NCBI GenBank assembly: GCA_963755025.1
Contig: CAVWIH010000011.1
Coordinates: forward strand, 1-64,000
DNA length: 64,000 nt
Direction: 5' to 3'
Source of the DNA: an uncultured Actinomycetes bacterium
GTDB taxonomy: Bacteria > Actinomycetota > Thermoleophilia > UBA2241
Shown: one piece after another, positions 1-9,897 of the stretch
Position numbering within the stretch: the first letter of the stretch is position 1
Layout of the letters: the number at the start of each line of letters is the position of its first letter
Notes under the pieces: model-generated
What the model saw: the letters and a program-made list of their open reading frames with translations, nothing else
Databases searched by the model: none
Told to the model about the DNA's origin: nothing
Translations under genes and position numbers: made by a program

Positions 1-343
1 AGGACACCCCCCGCCGAGTCCTGTCTATCGAGGGCGGCTACGCCCGGTACGGCGTCGATAGCCGCTGACGCCAACCACCCAGACAACGCCAGGAAGACGA
101 CGGCGACGACCATGAGCGGCGTGCCTGTGGCCTCGGCCGCGCTGCCGTGAAACACAAACGCGGCTGCCGCCGCAAGAAAGACAAACCCGACGGCGAGGCC
201 GAACAGAGAGAACGGATCGTCCCTCCATCTGTCGGTCAGCCTCTTCTTGCCTTGCTTCGCCACCGTTCGTCGAGTCTCTACCACGCAGGGCGGCAAGTCC
301 AGACAGCGCAACCGACCTCTTCCCCACCCTTCGGCCCGTCCCC

Positions 344-3300
344 TCACGCCAGCCGCAGCACGACCACCTGCAGGTCGTCGCGCAGCCGCCCGCCGAACGA
401 CAGGGCGGCGTCGCGCACGCCGTCGGCGACCTGCTGGGCGGAGCCGCCGCGCAGCTCGGCGACGAGCTCGACCAGGCGAGCCTCGCCGAACAGCTCAGGC
501 CCGCGGCGCGCCTCGGTGACGCCGTCGGTGTAGAGCACGAGGTAGTCCTCGAGGGTGAGCACAGTCTGCGCGTCGACGTAGTCGTGCGCGAACGAGCCGA
601 GCGGCGGCCCGAAGGCGACGGCGAGGGGCCGGCAGGCCAACGCGCTCAAGTGGATCGGCGCCGGGTGGCCGGCGCTCGCGTAGCGCAGCTCGCCGGTTGC
701 CGGGTCGAGCACCGCGACGAAGGCGGTCACGTGGGGCTCGTCGGGGTCGAAGCGCCGCAGCAGCTCGTTGGCGCGCGCCAGGATGAGGGCCGGCGACGGC
801 TCGATCGTGGCGAAGGCGCGCACGGCGCTGCGCACGGTCTCCGTGAGCCCGGCGGCGCGCACGCCCTTGCCGGCGACGTCGGCGATCAGCACCACGACGT
901 GGCTGTCGTCGGTGGCGAACACCTCGCTGAAATCGCCGCCCACGAGCTCGGGCTCGTAGGCCGTCATGGCGGTGACGCCCAGCTCGAGGCCCTCGACCAC
1001 CGGCGGCTCGTGGATGAAGTTCTCCTGCAGGATGGCCGCTATGCGCTGCTGCTCTTCGTACATGCGGGCGTTCTCGAGGGCCGCCGAGATGGCGGCCGCG
1101 AGGCGGGCGGCGAAGTCGACGGTCTCGGGGGTGAACTTCACGGCGGCGCTGTGGTGGTTGAAGAAGATGACGCCGAGCGCCTCGTCGCGGGCGATCAGCG
1201 GCAGGCACAGCACCGAGCGCACGCCGAAGCGCCGCTGCACGGCGGAGATGCAGCGCGGGTCGGTCTCGCAGTCGTCGATCGCCACCGGCACCCGTTTTGC
1301 GATCGCCTCGATCATGAAGGGCGCCTCGTCGCTGCGCACGCTCTCGTGGATGACGCCCGGCACCTCGGGGTGGCCGTACTCGGCGACCCAGTCGTCGCCG
1401 TGCCGCAGCGCGACCATGGCGCTGTCGGCCCCTACGACGCCCACCGAGTAGGCCACGACGCGCTGCATGATCTCGTCGACCTTGAGGGTGGAATGGATCA
1501 CGACGTCGATCTCGTTCAGGGCGGCGCTCAAACGCTCGCGCTCGGCGACCTCTTCGTGCAGCCGCGCGTTCTCGATGGCCGCCGCGGCCTGCGAGACGAT
1601 GCGCTCGACCAGGCTGATGTCGCGCTCGGCGAACGCGCGGCGCTCGCCCGGGTCGTCGATGATGAGCAGCCCGACGAGGCGGTCGGCGAAGACCAGTGGC
1701 ACGGCGAGCGTCAGGTGCCACTCCTCGCCGTCGGCCGTGCCGCGCTCGACCGGCCCCAGGTGGTCGTGGTCGACGATCGTCGTGCGGCGTTCGAGGACCG
1801 CCCGCCTGGCCGGCACCGAAAGCCAATCGAGCGGCCACACCAGTCCGCGCTGCAGCGCCGACCGGCCGCGCGACGTGTTAATCTCGAGGCGCCGGCCGGC
1901 CTCGTCCCAGAGTCCCACGGTCGCGCGGGCGTGGCCCGACGCCCGCACCACGATCCGTGCCAGCCTGTCGAGCACCTCGTCGACCGCCAGCGACTGCGTG
2001 AGCGAACCGATCGCTTCGGACAGCACGAGGGTCGTCTCGAGCTCCTGGCGAGCCTGCTCCTGGGCCGCCTGGAGCTCCTGAGCCTGAGCCTGCGTCTGCT
2101 CGAGCAGGCTCTGCAGCTGCCGCTCGGCCAGCTTGCGCTCGGTGATGTCGCGCCCCACGACCACCGACCCGACGATCTCTCCGGCGCTGTCGCGGATGGG
2201 GCCGAAGCTGTAGCTGCCGACCCACGTCTCGCCCGTGTCTTTGCGCCGCAGGTTGTACTCGGCGTCGGTCATGACCTCGCCGCGCAGCGCCCGCGAGACG
2301 GCCCACTGGTCGAGCGGCGCGACCGTGCCGTCGGGCAGGGAGACCTCGAGAAAGTCGGGGTACTCCTCGAGCGTGGTGGCGCACTCCTCTTTGCCGCCGA
2401 AGCGATGGAACGTGGCGAAGGCGTCGTTAAAGTCGATGAAGCGACCGTCGACGTCGGAGATGAAGACCGCGTCGGTCATGCTGGCGAGCGCCGCGCGCAG
2501 CTTCTCGCGACTGTCGCGCAGGGCCGCTTCGGCGCGCTTGCGCTGGCTGATGTCGGTGATGAACGAGCGATAGTGCAGCAGCACCCCGTCATCGTCGAAG
2601 ACCGGCTGCGCAAAGACCTCGATCGGCAACCTCGTACCGTTCCTGCGCAGATACTCCTTCTCGTAGCGCACCGGCCGGCGCGTCGATACGGATTCGGCGA
2701 GCAGGGGTGCTTCGGCCTGCCACCAGTCCGGCGGCGTAAGCCCCGCCGCCCACGTCGACGAGCCTTCCTCGAGCTCCTCGCGGCTGTACCCGGTGAGGTC
2801 GGCGAAGGCCTGGTTGAAGGTCACGAGGCGCCCGTCGGGCAGGCGTATGGCGAAGGGCATGTCGGCCTGTTCGACGACGTCGGCCAGGAACCGCGCCCGG
2901 GCGCTGCTGCGCGACAGGTCTTCGATCAGCTGCTCGCGCTCGAGCTCGACCAGCTTGCGCCGGTTGATGTCGCGGTAGTAGGCGCTGACGCCGGCGTCGG
3001 TCGGGTAGATGCGCACCTCGAGCCAGTCGTCGGTGACGACCGAGCGGTGCTCGACCACCCCTGGCCGGCCGAGCTCCATGGCGTCGTGGTAGGCCTGATA
3101 GAGGGGCGCTTCGGCGATCGCCGGAAAGAGCTCCCAGGGCGTGTGGCCGAGCAGCTCGTCGAGCGACTTGCGCGTGATGCGCAGCGCCTGCTGGTTGGCG
3201 TAGACGTAGCGGTACTCCCAGTCGAGCGCGAAGAAGGCCTCGTCGATGTCTTCGAGCAACGCCCGCGTGCGAGCCTCGCGGCGGCCGGCGGCGCCGGCCC

Positions 3301-3772
3301 CGTGCGGCTCGCCCAGGCCGCTCTGCAGCGGCAGCGGGTCGCAGCGCGCCTCGGCGCGGCGCCTCATGAGGACCTCGAGGCCACGGTCAACGTGCAGCTC
3401 GAGGGCGTCCATGAGCTTGGCGATGATGAACAGGCCGCGGCCGTGGTCGGCCAGCAGGTCGGGCAGCGCGTCGGGGTCGAAGGTGGCCACGTCGAAGCCG
3501 CGGCCGCGGTCTTTGACGGCGGCGACCAGGTCGTCGTCCTCGAAGTGCAGCGAGAGCTCGATGGGCCGTTCGACGCCGCTGTGACGGATGGCGTTGGTGG
3601 CCGCCTCTTCGATGCAGAGCACGACGTCGTCGATGACGAGGGCGTCGGTGCAGTACTGACGAAGGTAGTCGCGAATGCGGTCGCGGGCGCGCAGCAGGTG
3701 CGAGGGTCGGGGTGGCACGCGAAAGTGCAGTCGGGGGGGCGCGATCTGCGGCGTGGCGCTGCTTTGCGACAA
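344..3772 (-). CDS. RsbW-like HATPase + 3xPAS + 2xGAF + SpoIIE/PP2C phosphatase (partner-switching signalling protein)
   Basis: N-terminal EEAATNAIRH...DRGRGF...GRGLFII; PAS repeats; GAF domains; C-terminal VGGDF, IADVAGKG, LYTDGVTEA, RDD; TTG start with GGAG upstream. Confidence 0.92.
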   Translation of the reverse strand: MSQSSATPQIAPPRLHFRVPPRPSHLLRARDRIRDYLRQYCTDALVIDDVVLCIEEAATNAIRHSGVERPIELSLHFEDDDLVAAVKDRGRGFDVATFDPDALPDLLADHGRGLFIIAKLMDALELHVDRGLEVLMRRRAEARCDPLPLQSGLGEPHGAGAAGRREARTRALLEDIDEAFFALDWEYRYVYANQQALRITRKSLDELLGHTPWELFPAIAEAPLYQAYHDAMELGRPGVVEHRSVVTDDWLEVRIYPTDAGVSAYYRDINRRKLVELEREQLIEDLSRSSARARFLADVVEQADMPFAIRLPDGRLVTFNQAFADLTGYSREELEEGSSTWAAGLTPPDWWQAEAPLLAESVSTRRPVRYEKEYLRRNGTRLPIEVFAQPVFDDDGVLLHYRSFITDISQRKRAEAALRDSREKLRAALASMTDAVFISDVDGRFIDFNDAFATFHRFGGKEECATTLEEYPDFLEVSLPDGTVAPLDQWAVSRALRGEVMTDAEYNLRRKDTGETWVGSYSFGPIRDSAGEIVGSVVVGRDITERKLAERQLQSLLEQTQAQAQELQAAQEQARQELETTLVLSEAIGSLTQSLAVDEVLDRLARIVVRASGHARATVGLWDEAGRRLEINTSRGRSALQRGLVWPLDWLSVPARRAVLERRTTIVDHDHLGPVERGTADGEEWHLTLAVPLVFADRLVGLLIIDDPGERRAFAERDISLVERIVSQAAAAIENARLHEEVAERERLSAALNEIDVVIHSTLKVDEIMQRVVAYSVGVVGADSAMVALRHGDDWVAEYGHPEVPGVIHESVRSDEAPFMIEAIAKRVPVAIDDCETDPRCISAVQRRFGVRSVLCLPLIARDEALGVIFFNHHSAAVKFTPETVDFAARLAAAISAALENARMYEEQQRIAAILQENFIHEPPVVEGLELGVTAMTAYEPELVGGDFSEVFATDDSHVVVLIADVAGKGVRAAGLTETVRSAVRAFATIEPSPALILARANELLRRFDPDEPHVTAFVAVLDPATGELRYASAGHPAPIHLSALACRPLAVAFGPPLGSFAHDYVDAQTVLTLEDYLVLYTDGVTEARRGPELFGEARLVELVAELRGGSAQQVADGVRDAALSFGGRLRDDLQVVVLRLA

Positions 3773-3862
3773 GTGGCTCCCCGCGTAGGGTCGGTCGGCT
3801 AGGGGTCAGGCCATTTTACGGCGGCGTGGCGCTGGCGCCGCCGTTTCTGCACATATCGAGCG

Positions 3863-5539
3863 CTAGGCCCTCCAGCCCGGGCCGCGCAGCACTGCGCCGC
3901 CGCGGACGCCCGTGTGGACGCCCTCCCAGACGACGGCGCAGCCGTTGACGAACACGTAGTCCATGCCCTCGGCGTAGCGGTGCGGGACGTTGGCGAAGGG
4001 CGCCGTGTGCGGCGCCCGGTTCGTGGCCCGGTCGCGCACGCGGTCGAGGTCGAAGACCACGACGTCGGCCCGAGCGCCCGGGCGCAGCACGCCGCGGTCC
4101 CACAGGCCGAAACGCTGGGCGGGCAGCGAGGTCATCTTGCGCACCGCCTCTTCGAGGCGCAGCACCGCCCGGTCGCGCACGAAGCGCTCGAGCAGGCCGG
4201 GGTACTCGCCGAAGCTGCAGGGCCAGTACGCGGCCGGCTCGCCGGGCTGCGGCAGGGGTTGTATCAGGCCGTCGGAGCAGACCATGCAGTGCGGGTGGCG
4301 CAGCACCGCGTCGAGCTCGACGGCATCGATGTACTCGAAGATGGCCACCGCCGTATCGCGGCTCTCGACGATCAGGTCGAGGTAGGTGTCGAGGCCGTCG
4401 CGGCCGCGCTGCGCGGCGATGTCGGCGACCGAACGGCCCGGCAGCGAGGCGTCGGGGGCGTGCAAGATGACGATGCGCTCGAAGCGCCCGTGACGCACGA
4501 GGCCGGCGTAGCCCGGACCGGGCCGGGCGTCGTCGGCGGCGATGTCGCGGGCGAGGGCGGCGCGCCGGGCGGGCTCGCCGAGCACCGCCAGCAGCTCGTC
4601 GACCGGCAGGCTGTGCAGCGGCTGCGGCAAGGCCCGCGACAGGCGCGGGGCGAGCTCGGTGTGCGTGTCGTTGTCGAGCGTGACGTCGAGGCCCTCGGCG
4701 CGGGCCCGGTCGATCACGGCGAGGTTCTCGGCGGCGGGCGGTCCGCCCCACTTGGGGGCGTTGTGCGAGACCTGCACCGGCAAACCGCTCTGACGGCCTA
4801 TGCTCACGGCCTCCTCGACCGCCGCCACGATGGTCTCGCGCTCGCCGCGCACATGGGTGGCGTAGAGACCGTCGTAGCGCTTGACGACGCGGGCGAGCGC
4901 GACGAGCTCGGCGGTCGACGAGTAGCAGCCGGGCGGGTAGACGAGGCCCGCCGACAGGCCGAACGCGCCGGCGCTCATGCCCTCGGCCAGCAGGGCCTTC
5001 ATGACGGCGAGCTCGCGCTCGCCGGCGGCGCGCTCGTCGAAGCCCATCGCGGCGATGCGCAGCGCGCCGTGGCCCACGAGCGCCGCCACGTTGATGGCGC
5101 AGCCGCCCGCCGCGATCGTGTCGAGGTACTCGGCGAAGCTGCGCCAGGTCACCCGGGGCACGGCGAAGTAGCTCTCCCACATGGTCACGAAGTCGGCCAG
5201 GCGGTGGTCGTCGACCGGCGCCGCCGACATGCCGCAGTTGCCCACCACGTGAGTGGTGACGCCCTGGTAGACCACCGACTCGGCGCCGGGGTCGGTGAGC
5301 ACCGTCAGGTCTGAGTGGGTGTGAGGGTCGACGAAGCCCGGCGTGACGTAGCGGCCGCCCACGTCGATCACGCGCCAGCCGGCGCGGCCGCGCCCGGCCA
5401 GGCTGCCGGCCGGCCCGACGGCCGCCACGCGCCCGGCGTCGAGCGCCACGTCGGCCGCGACCCAGGGGTTGCCGGCGCCGTCGATCAGCCGGCAGTCGGC
5501 CAGCAGGACGCGCTGTGCTGCGTTGGACGTAGGGCTCAG
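3863..5539 (-). CDS. N-acyl-D-amino-acid deacylase (D-aminoacylase family amidohydrolase)
   Basis: PGFVDPHTHSD, GVTTHVVGNCG, HVRGE, KMTSLPA motifs; frame extends upstream of 5449 through LIDGAGNPW to a CTG at 5537-5539 preceded by GAGGAGG. Confidence 0.88.
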   Translation of the reverse strand: MSPTSNAAQRVLLADCRLIDGAGNPWVAADVALDAGRVAAVGPAGSLAGRGRAGWRVIDVGGRYVTPGFVDPHTHSDLTVLTDPGAESVVYQGVTTHVVGNCGMSAAPVDDHRLADFVTMWESYFAVPRVTWRSFAEYLDTIAAGGCAINVAALVGHGALRIAAMGFDERAAGERELAVMKALLAEGMSAGAFGLSAGLVYPPGCYSSTAELVALARVVKRYDGLYATHVRGERETIVAAVEEAVSIGRQSGLPVQVSHNAPKWGGPPAAENLAVIDRARAEGLDVTLDNDTHTELAPRLSRALPQPLHSLPVDELLAVLGEPARRAALARDIAADDARPGPGYAGLVRHGRFERIVILHAPDASLPGRSVADIAAQRGRDGLDTYLDLIVESRDTAVAIFEYIDAVELDAVLRHPHCMVCSDGLIQPLPQPGEPAAYWPCSFGEYPGLLERFVRDRAVLRLEEAVRKMTSLPAQRFGLWDRGVLRPGARADVVVFDLDRVRDRATNRAPHTAPFANVPHRYAEGMDYVFVNGCAVVWEGVHTGVRGGAVLRGPGWRA

Positions 5540-5638
5540 GGCTCCTCCTCGGTCGTCGAGCGCGAGTATATGCGGCGCAAGGGCGCTGCTCCCAGGCCCT
5601 GTTGTCAGTCGTCCAGGCGGCCGGCCGGCGGTGGCGCT

Positions 5639-6274
5639 TCAGCCGTCCCAGGCGACGGCGCGCACCGGCGAGCCGTCGAGGCCCTTCAGCCGCAGGGGCA
5701 GAAAGGCGAAGTGGTAGAGGCGGCCGGGCGCGAGGCGCTCGAGGCCGCACAGGTTCTCGACGAGCAGCACGTCGGCGGAGAGCAGCGTCTCGTGCACGTG
5801 GGTCGTGCCCTGTACCGAGGAATCGGGGTTCATGGCGTCGATACCGACGACGCCAGCGCCGGCGCCGGCCAGGCCGCGCGCCGTCTCGGCGGCGAGGTAG
5901 GGGTGCCGCAGGCAGCGCTCGTCGCCGAAGTGGCGGTCCCAGCCGGTGTGCAGCACGACGGCGCCGCCGGCCGGCAGCCCGGCGAGGCCCGGTTCGACCA
6001 TCGCCCAGGTGATGGGCTGGTCGTCGGCCAGGCCGGTCAGCGCCACCACCAGGCCGGGCACCACAAAGCGCGCGACCGGGTAGGCGTCGATGGGTGTCGC
6101 GGCCGGCGCGTAGTGGCGGGCCGCGTCGATGTGGGTGCCGGTGTGAGTACCCAGGCGCAGCTCGCTGACCGTCCAGGGCGGCCCGACGTCGGCGCGCGCG
6201 ATGCGCGGTTCGGGGTCGCCTGGGTAGAAGGTCATGCCGTTCTCGATGGGCACGGTGAGGTCGAAGAAGGTCAT
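5639..6274 (-). CDS. Cyclase family protein (kynurenine formamidase-like metal hydrolase)
   Basis: HTGTHIDAARH, GIDA, ENL, PLRLKGLDGSPVRAVA motifs. Confidence 0.9.
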   Translation of the reverse strand: MTFFDLTVPIENGMTFYPGDPEPRIARADVGPPWTVSELRLGTHTGTHIDAARHYAPAATPIDAYPVARFVVPGLVVALTGLADDQPITWAMVEPGLAGLPAGGAVVLHTGWDRHFGDERCLRHPYLAAETARGLAGAGAGVVGIDAMNPDSSVQGTTHVHETLLSADVLLVENLCGLERLAPGRLYHFAFLPLRLKGLDGSPVRAVAWDG

Positions 6275-6350
6275 GCAGTCGCGACGGTCACAGGGCCGCG
6301 AAGGTCGCAACGGAGTCGTGCGCCGTCTCGGTCGCCGCGCCGGCCACGTC

Positions 6351-8096
6351 TCAGGCGATCGGCTCGAGCCTGGCCTTGAGCGACTCGTGGGCCAGGATCA
6401 CGAGTCGTTCGAGCGCCCTGGTGCACCCGACGTAGAGCGCCGAGCTGGACGCCGGCGAGTCGAGGTCGGCGATGTCGGTGAGCACGACGGCGGGCGCCTC
6501 GAGGCCCTGGAACCGGCTGATGGCGCAGTAGCGCGTGGCGCTCGGGTGCAGTTCGACGACGCCGGAGTCGGCGGCGCCCGCACCGGGCAGGGGCGCGAGG
6601 CGTTCCGCCCAGGGGCGCCCGGCCAGGCCGTGCGCGCAGCACGTGTCGTCGTCGCGGGGGCTCAGCACGACCGTGCCCGGGCCGGCGAAACCCTGCTCGT
6701 CGAGCTCGAGGAGCGTGTCGGCCAGCAGCTTGGACTGCTGGGCCTCGTCGTGCCAGTAGCGGATCTGCGGCTCGGACTCGTCGTCGGGGCGGCGCACGCG
6801 GCTGTAGCCGCGCGCGACGCCGCCGCAGGTGCAGGCAAGCTGCGCCACCCGGGGCGTGTTGCGGCAGTTGACGCGCAGGTCGTAGCGCACCGCGCCGGCG
6901 CACGGACCACCCGGCACCAGCAAGGCGGCGAGCGCCGCGGCGCCATCGCTCTCGTGGTGGCCGGCTGCGTCGGCCAGGCCGGGGCGGCCGAAGTCGCCGA
7001 AGAAGCGGTAGACGCCCCCGGCAAGGCCGCCGCTCAGACTGTGGTCGAGCGCTGCTAGGTAGTCGGGGCGCAGCACGTCCTGGGCTTCGTCGACGACGAT
7101 CTCGTCGTAGCGTTGCGGCGCGTCGCCGGCCAGGCGCAGGTGCTCGTCGATGGTGCGCGCCACGATGCCCGCCCCCGGGGCCGCGGCGTCGGCGGCCCCC
7201 GCGGGCGGCGCGCCGGCGTCGGTCGCCGGCAGCAGCTCGCGGGTCTCGTCGGCGAGCCAGCGGCCGAGCGCCTCACTGGCGCACAGCAGCAGCACGCGGC
7301 GCCCGGCGACCGCGGCGCGGCGCGCCGCTTCGACCGCCAGCATGGTCTTGCCGGTGCCGGCCGGACCGTCGAAGACGACGCGCGGATTGGCGTCGATCGT
7401 CTCGAGCGCCTCGAACTGCTCTTCGGTGTAGCGGCGTACCTCGTCGTCGACGCGCTTGGCCCGCGACTTGGGGCTTTCGAAGAACTCGAAGTCGCCGCGC
7501 AGGTTGCGCAGCAGCTCGGTGACCTGCTGTTCGCGCGGCTCATGGCGCTCGGCGTGGAACCAGGGCTCTTCGTGGGCGACCAGCTCCTGTCGGGCGTGGT
7601 CGAGCACGCTCTCGCACAGCTGCGTGAGCGACCGCTTGGCCAGCGCCCGGCGGTCGATCACCTGCCAGGGGTGCCACTCCTCAGAGGTCTCGGCGAAATC
7701 GACGAACGGAAAGCAGACCGCCGACCAGAACACCACGCGAGCCAGGTCGCGATGCTGGTGGACGAGCCGGTCGCGCAGGCTGTGCATGGCCTCGGACGCC
7801 TGCTTGAAGGGGCCGCGCTCGTCGGGGCGCCGCTCGGAGCCGTAGAACCAGAGGCCGTCGTGGCGGCGCAGGTGGTGAGCGCCTTTGACCTCGAGCACCA
7901 GCACGCCCTTGCCGGGCACGATGACGAGAAAGTCGATCTCGCCCGCCAGGCGGCGCTGGTGGTTGGCCAGGTCGAGCGAATGCAGCACGATCCAGTCGTC
8001 GGCGCCCCTGGCTTCGGCGAAGGCGCCGAACACCATGCGTTCGCCGTCGCTGGGCGTAGACAAGGGGATGGACGGGGGGATCAGGCGGGGCGGCAT
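6351..8096 (-). CDS. NERD nuclease domain + SF1 (UvrD-like/DUF2075) helicase
   Basis: GEIDFLVIVPGKGVLVLEVKG (NERD); GPAGTGKT; VVDEAQD; NCRNT; FQGLE; YVGCTRA. Confidence 0.85.
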   Translation of the reverse strand: MPPRLIPPSIPLSTPSDGERMVFGAFAEARGADDWIVLHSLDLANHQRRLAGEIDFLVIVPGKGVLVLEVKGAHHLRRHDGLWFYGSERRPDERGPFKQASEAMHSLRDRLVHQHRDLARVVFWSAVCFPFVDFAETSEEWHPWQVIDRRALAKRSLTQLCESVLDHARQELVAHEEPWFHAERHEPREQQVTELLRNLRGDFEFFESPKSRAKRVDDEVRRYTEEQFEALETIDANPRVVFDGPAGTGKTMLAVEAARRAAVAGRRVLLLCASEALGRWLADETRELLPATDAGAPPAGAADAAAPGAGIVARTIDEHLRLAGDAPQRYDEIVVDEAQDVLRPDYLAALDHSLSGGLAGGVYRFFGDFGRPGLADAAGHHESDGAAALAALLVPGGPCAGAVRYDLRVNCRNTPRVAQLACTCGGVARGYSRVRRPDDESEPQIRYWHDEAQQSKLLADTLLELDEQGFAGPGTVVLSPRDDDTCCAHGLAGRPWAERLAPLPGAGAADSGVVELHPSATRYCAISRFQGLEAPAVVLTDIADLDSPASSSALYVGCTRALERLVILAHESLKARLEPIA

Positions 8097-8309
8097 GCTC
8101 GTTCCCCCGCTGGAAGGCAGTCTCATGGCTTTAGGATATCAGGATTGCCGGAACGGGGGTCCGGGCTCGCCGGCGCGGTGCGCGCCGACCCGCCCGCGGA
8201 GCGCGGCCAGGCTCGCCGGCCGGGCGCGGCAGGCTCGCGGCCGGCCCGGGAGCCGCGCCGCGAGCGCGGTGGTATCGTGACGCCAAGCGATGCGAAGCGA
8301 GGTTCCGCG

Positions 8310-9266
8310 GTGCCGAGACCAGTCATCATGTTCGACCACGACGGCGTGCTGGTCGACTCACTCACCATCTTCACCGCGGCCTTCGGCGGCGCCTGCGGCG
8401 CGCACGGCCACCCCGAGATCGCCAGCGAAGAGCAGGTGGTGGCGCTGTTCGCCGACAACGTCTACGACACCATGGCGGCCATGGGCATGAGCCGCGAGAC
8501 CATCGCGGCGATCATCGGAGACACGGCCGCGACGCTGTCGCTCTCGGCCGACCTGCACCCCTTCCCGGGCGTGCCCGAGCTGCTCACCGGACTCGCCGAG
8601 CGCTTCGACGTCGTGGTCGTCACCTCGAACGCCGCCGGCGTCGTGCGCGACTTCATGGCCCGCGAGCAGCTCGCCGACTCCGTGAGCGACGTGCTCGGCG
8701 TCGAGGTCGACGTGAGCAAGGTGCGCAAGATCGCGACCATCATGGCGCGCTACCCCGACCAGACGCGTTACTTCTACGTGGGCGACACCTGCGGCGACAT
8801 GATCGAGGGCGCCGAGGCCGGCGCCACGCCGCTCGGCGCCGGCTGGGGCTGGCACGGCGCGGCGGCGCTGCGCGACGCCGGCGCCGCCTTTGTGGCGACC
8901 ACCCCGGCCGAACTGCTCGCCTTCGTCACAAGCCGAGGAGCCCGGCCGGCCCTCCTGACCCCTCAGGGCCGCTCAAGCTCAGTCTGGCCCGACGCGGCCC
9001 TACCCTATCGAGTCCGAGCGCCCGGACTCGCGGCCTCAGGCCTGCGCGGCCTCGACGCGCGCGCCGACCACCAGATACGACAGCCCCTCGGGCCCGGCGA
9101 CCACCTGGCGCTGCGCGGCCGGCTCGACCAGCACGTAGCGACCCGGCTGCAGGGCGACCGTCTCGCCGTCGATCACCATGTGGCCGGCGCCGGCGAGCGC
9201 CACAAAGAACTCCTCCTGGCCGCTGCGCAGCTCGTCGTGAGCGTGACCTTCCTGGCCGGGCTCTGA
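8310..9266 (+). CDS. HAD-family hydrolase (phosphoglycolate phosphatase-like); domain ends near 8930, and the true stop is probably earlier than the ORF end
   Basis: FDHDGVLVDS, VTSN, YVGDTCGD, WGWH; the tail overlaps the cupin gene on the opposite strand. Confidence 0.8.
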   Translation: MPRPVIMFDHDGVLVDSLTIFTAAFGGACGAHGHPEIASEEQVVALFADNVYDTMAAMGMSRETIAAIIGDTAATLSLSADLHPFPGVPELLTGLAERFDVVVVTSNAAGVVRDFMAREQLADSVSDVLGVEVDVSKVRKIATIMARYPDQTRYFYVGDTCGDMIEGAEAGATPLGAGWGWHGAAALRDAGAAFVATTPAELLAFVTSRGARPALLTPQGRSSSVWPDAALPYRVRAPGLAASGLRGLDARADHQIRQPLGPGDHLALRGRLDQHVATRLQGDRLAVDHHVAGAGERHKELLLAAAQLVVSVTFLAGL

Positions 9267-9365
9267 ATCGAACTGGTTCGCCTTGATGGCGGCGGCGCCC
9301 AGCGCCTGCGCGACGGGCTTGCGCCGGCCCTCTACGTCGCTGGTATCGAACACGGTGTAGGCCAT
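9036..9365 (-). CDS. Cupin domain protein
   Basis: HAHDE...QEEFFVALAGAG...IDGETVALQPG; AGGAG RBS. Confidence 0.8.
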   Translation of the reverse strand: MAYTVFDTSDVEGRRKPVAQALGAAAIKANQFDSEPGQEGHAHDELRSGQEEFFVALAGAGHMVIDGETVALQPGRYVLVEPAAQRQVVAGPEGLSYLVVGARVEAAQA

Positions 9366-9502
9366 GACGGTCTCCTTCGTCGACGAGCCGGGTGGGCGCT
9401 GCCGCGAAGGCGGCGCGCGAGCCCGGCGATACGGGAATGATCAGGGCAGAGTATAGGCCCGGCGCGCGGCCGGAGACCGCAAGCCGGAGGGAGGCTGCTG
9501 CG

Positions 9503-9856
9503 ATGGAAGCCCGCTGGATCGCGTTCGGCGAGATCGAGATCGCCGGAGCGCGCTACGACCACGACCTGGTGATCGACGAAGGCAGGGTCGCCAAGCGCCG
9601 CAAGAAGGCGTCGAAGCCGTTCCGCGAGCGCTTTGGCCACACGCCGCTGTCGACCGCCGAGACGATCCCCTGGGGCGGCGAGCGCCTCATCGTGGGCACG
9701 GGCGCCTCGGGCAGCCTGCCGATCATGCCCGAGGTCTGGCAAGAGGCCGAGCGCCGCGGCGTCGAGATCGTCGCCGCCCCCACCAAAGACGCGCTGGCCC
9801 TGCTGCGCGACACCGACGCAGGCGAGGTGCGCGCCATCATCCACGTCACCTGCTAG
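9503..9856 (+). CDS. Mth938-like domain protein
   Basis: FGEIEIAGARYDHD, LIVGTGASG, C-terminal HVTC; GGAGG RBS. Confidence 0.85.
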   Translation: MEARWIAFGEIEIAGARYDHDLVIDEGRVAKRRKKASKPFRERFGHTPLSTAETIPWGGERLIVGTGASGSLPIMPEVWQEAERRGVEIVAAPTKDALALLRDTDAGEVRAIIHVTC

Positions 9857-9897
9857 CGCGCCGCGGCCAGCGAACGGGTGGCCCCGCGCGATCGCCC

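Noticed and set aside
1-340. Gene or ncRNA in the first 340 bp
   Set aside because: No convincing ORF or recognisable RNA, and context is cut off by the window edge.
584-3802. Long antisense and alternative-frame ORFs (this one and many others)
   Set aside because: Shadow ORFs expected from high GC3 bias; Arg/Ala/Gly-rich with no motifs.
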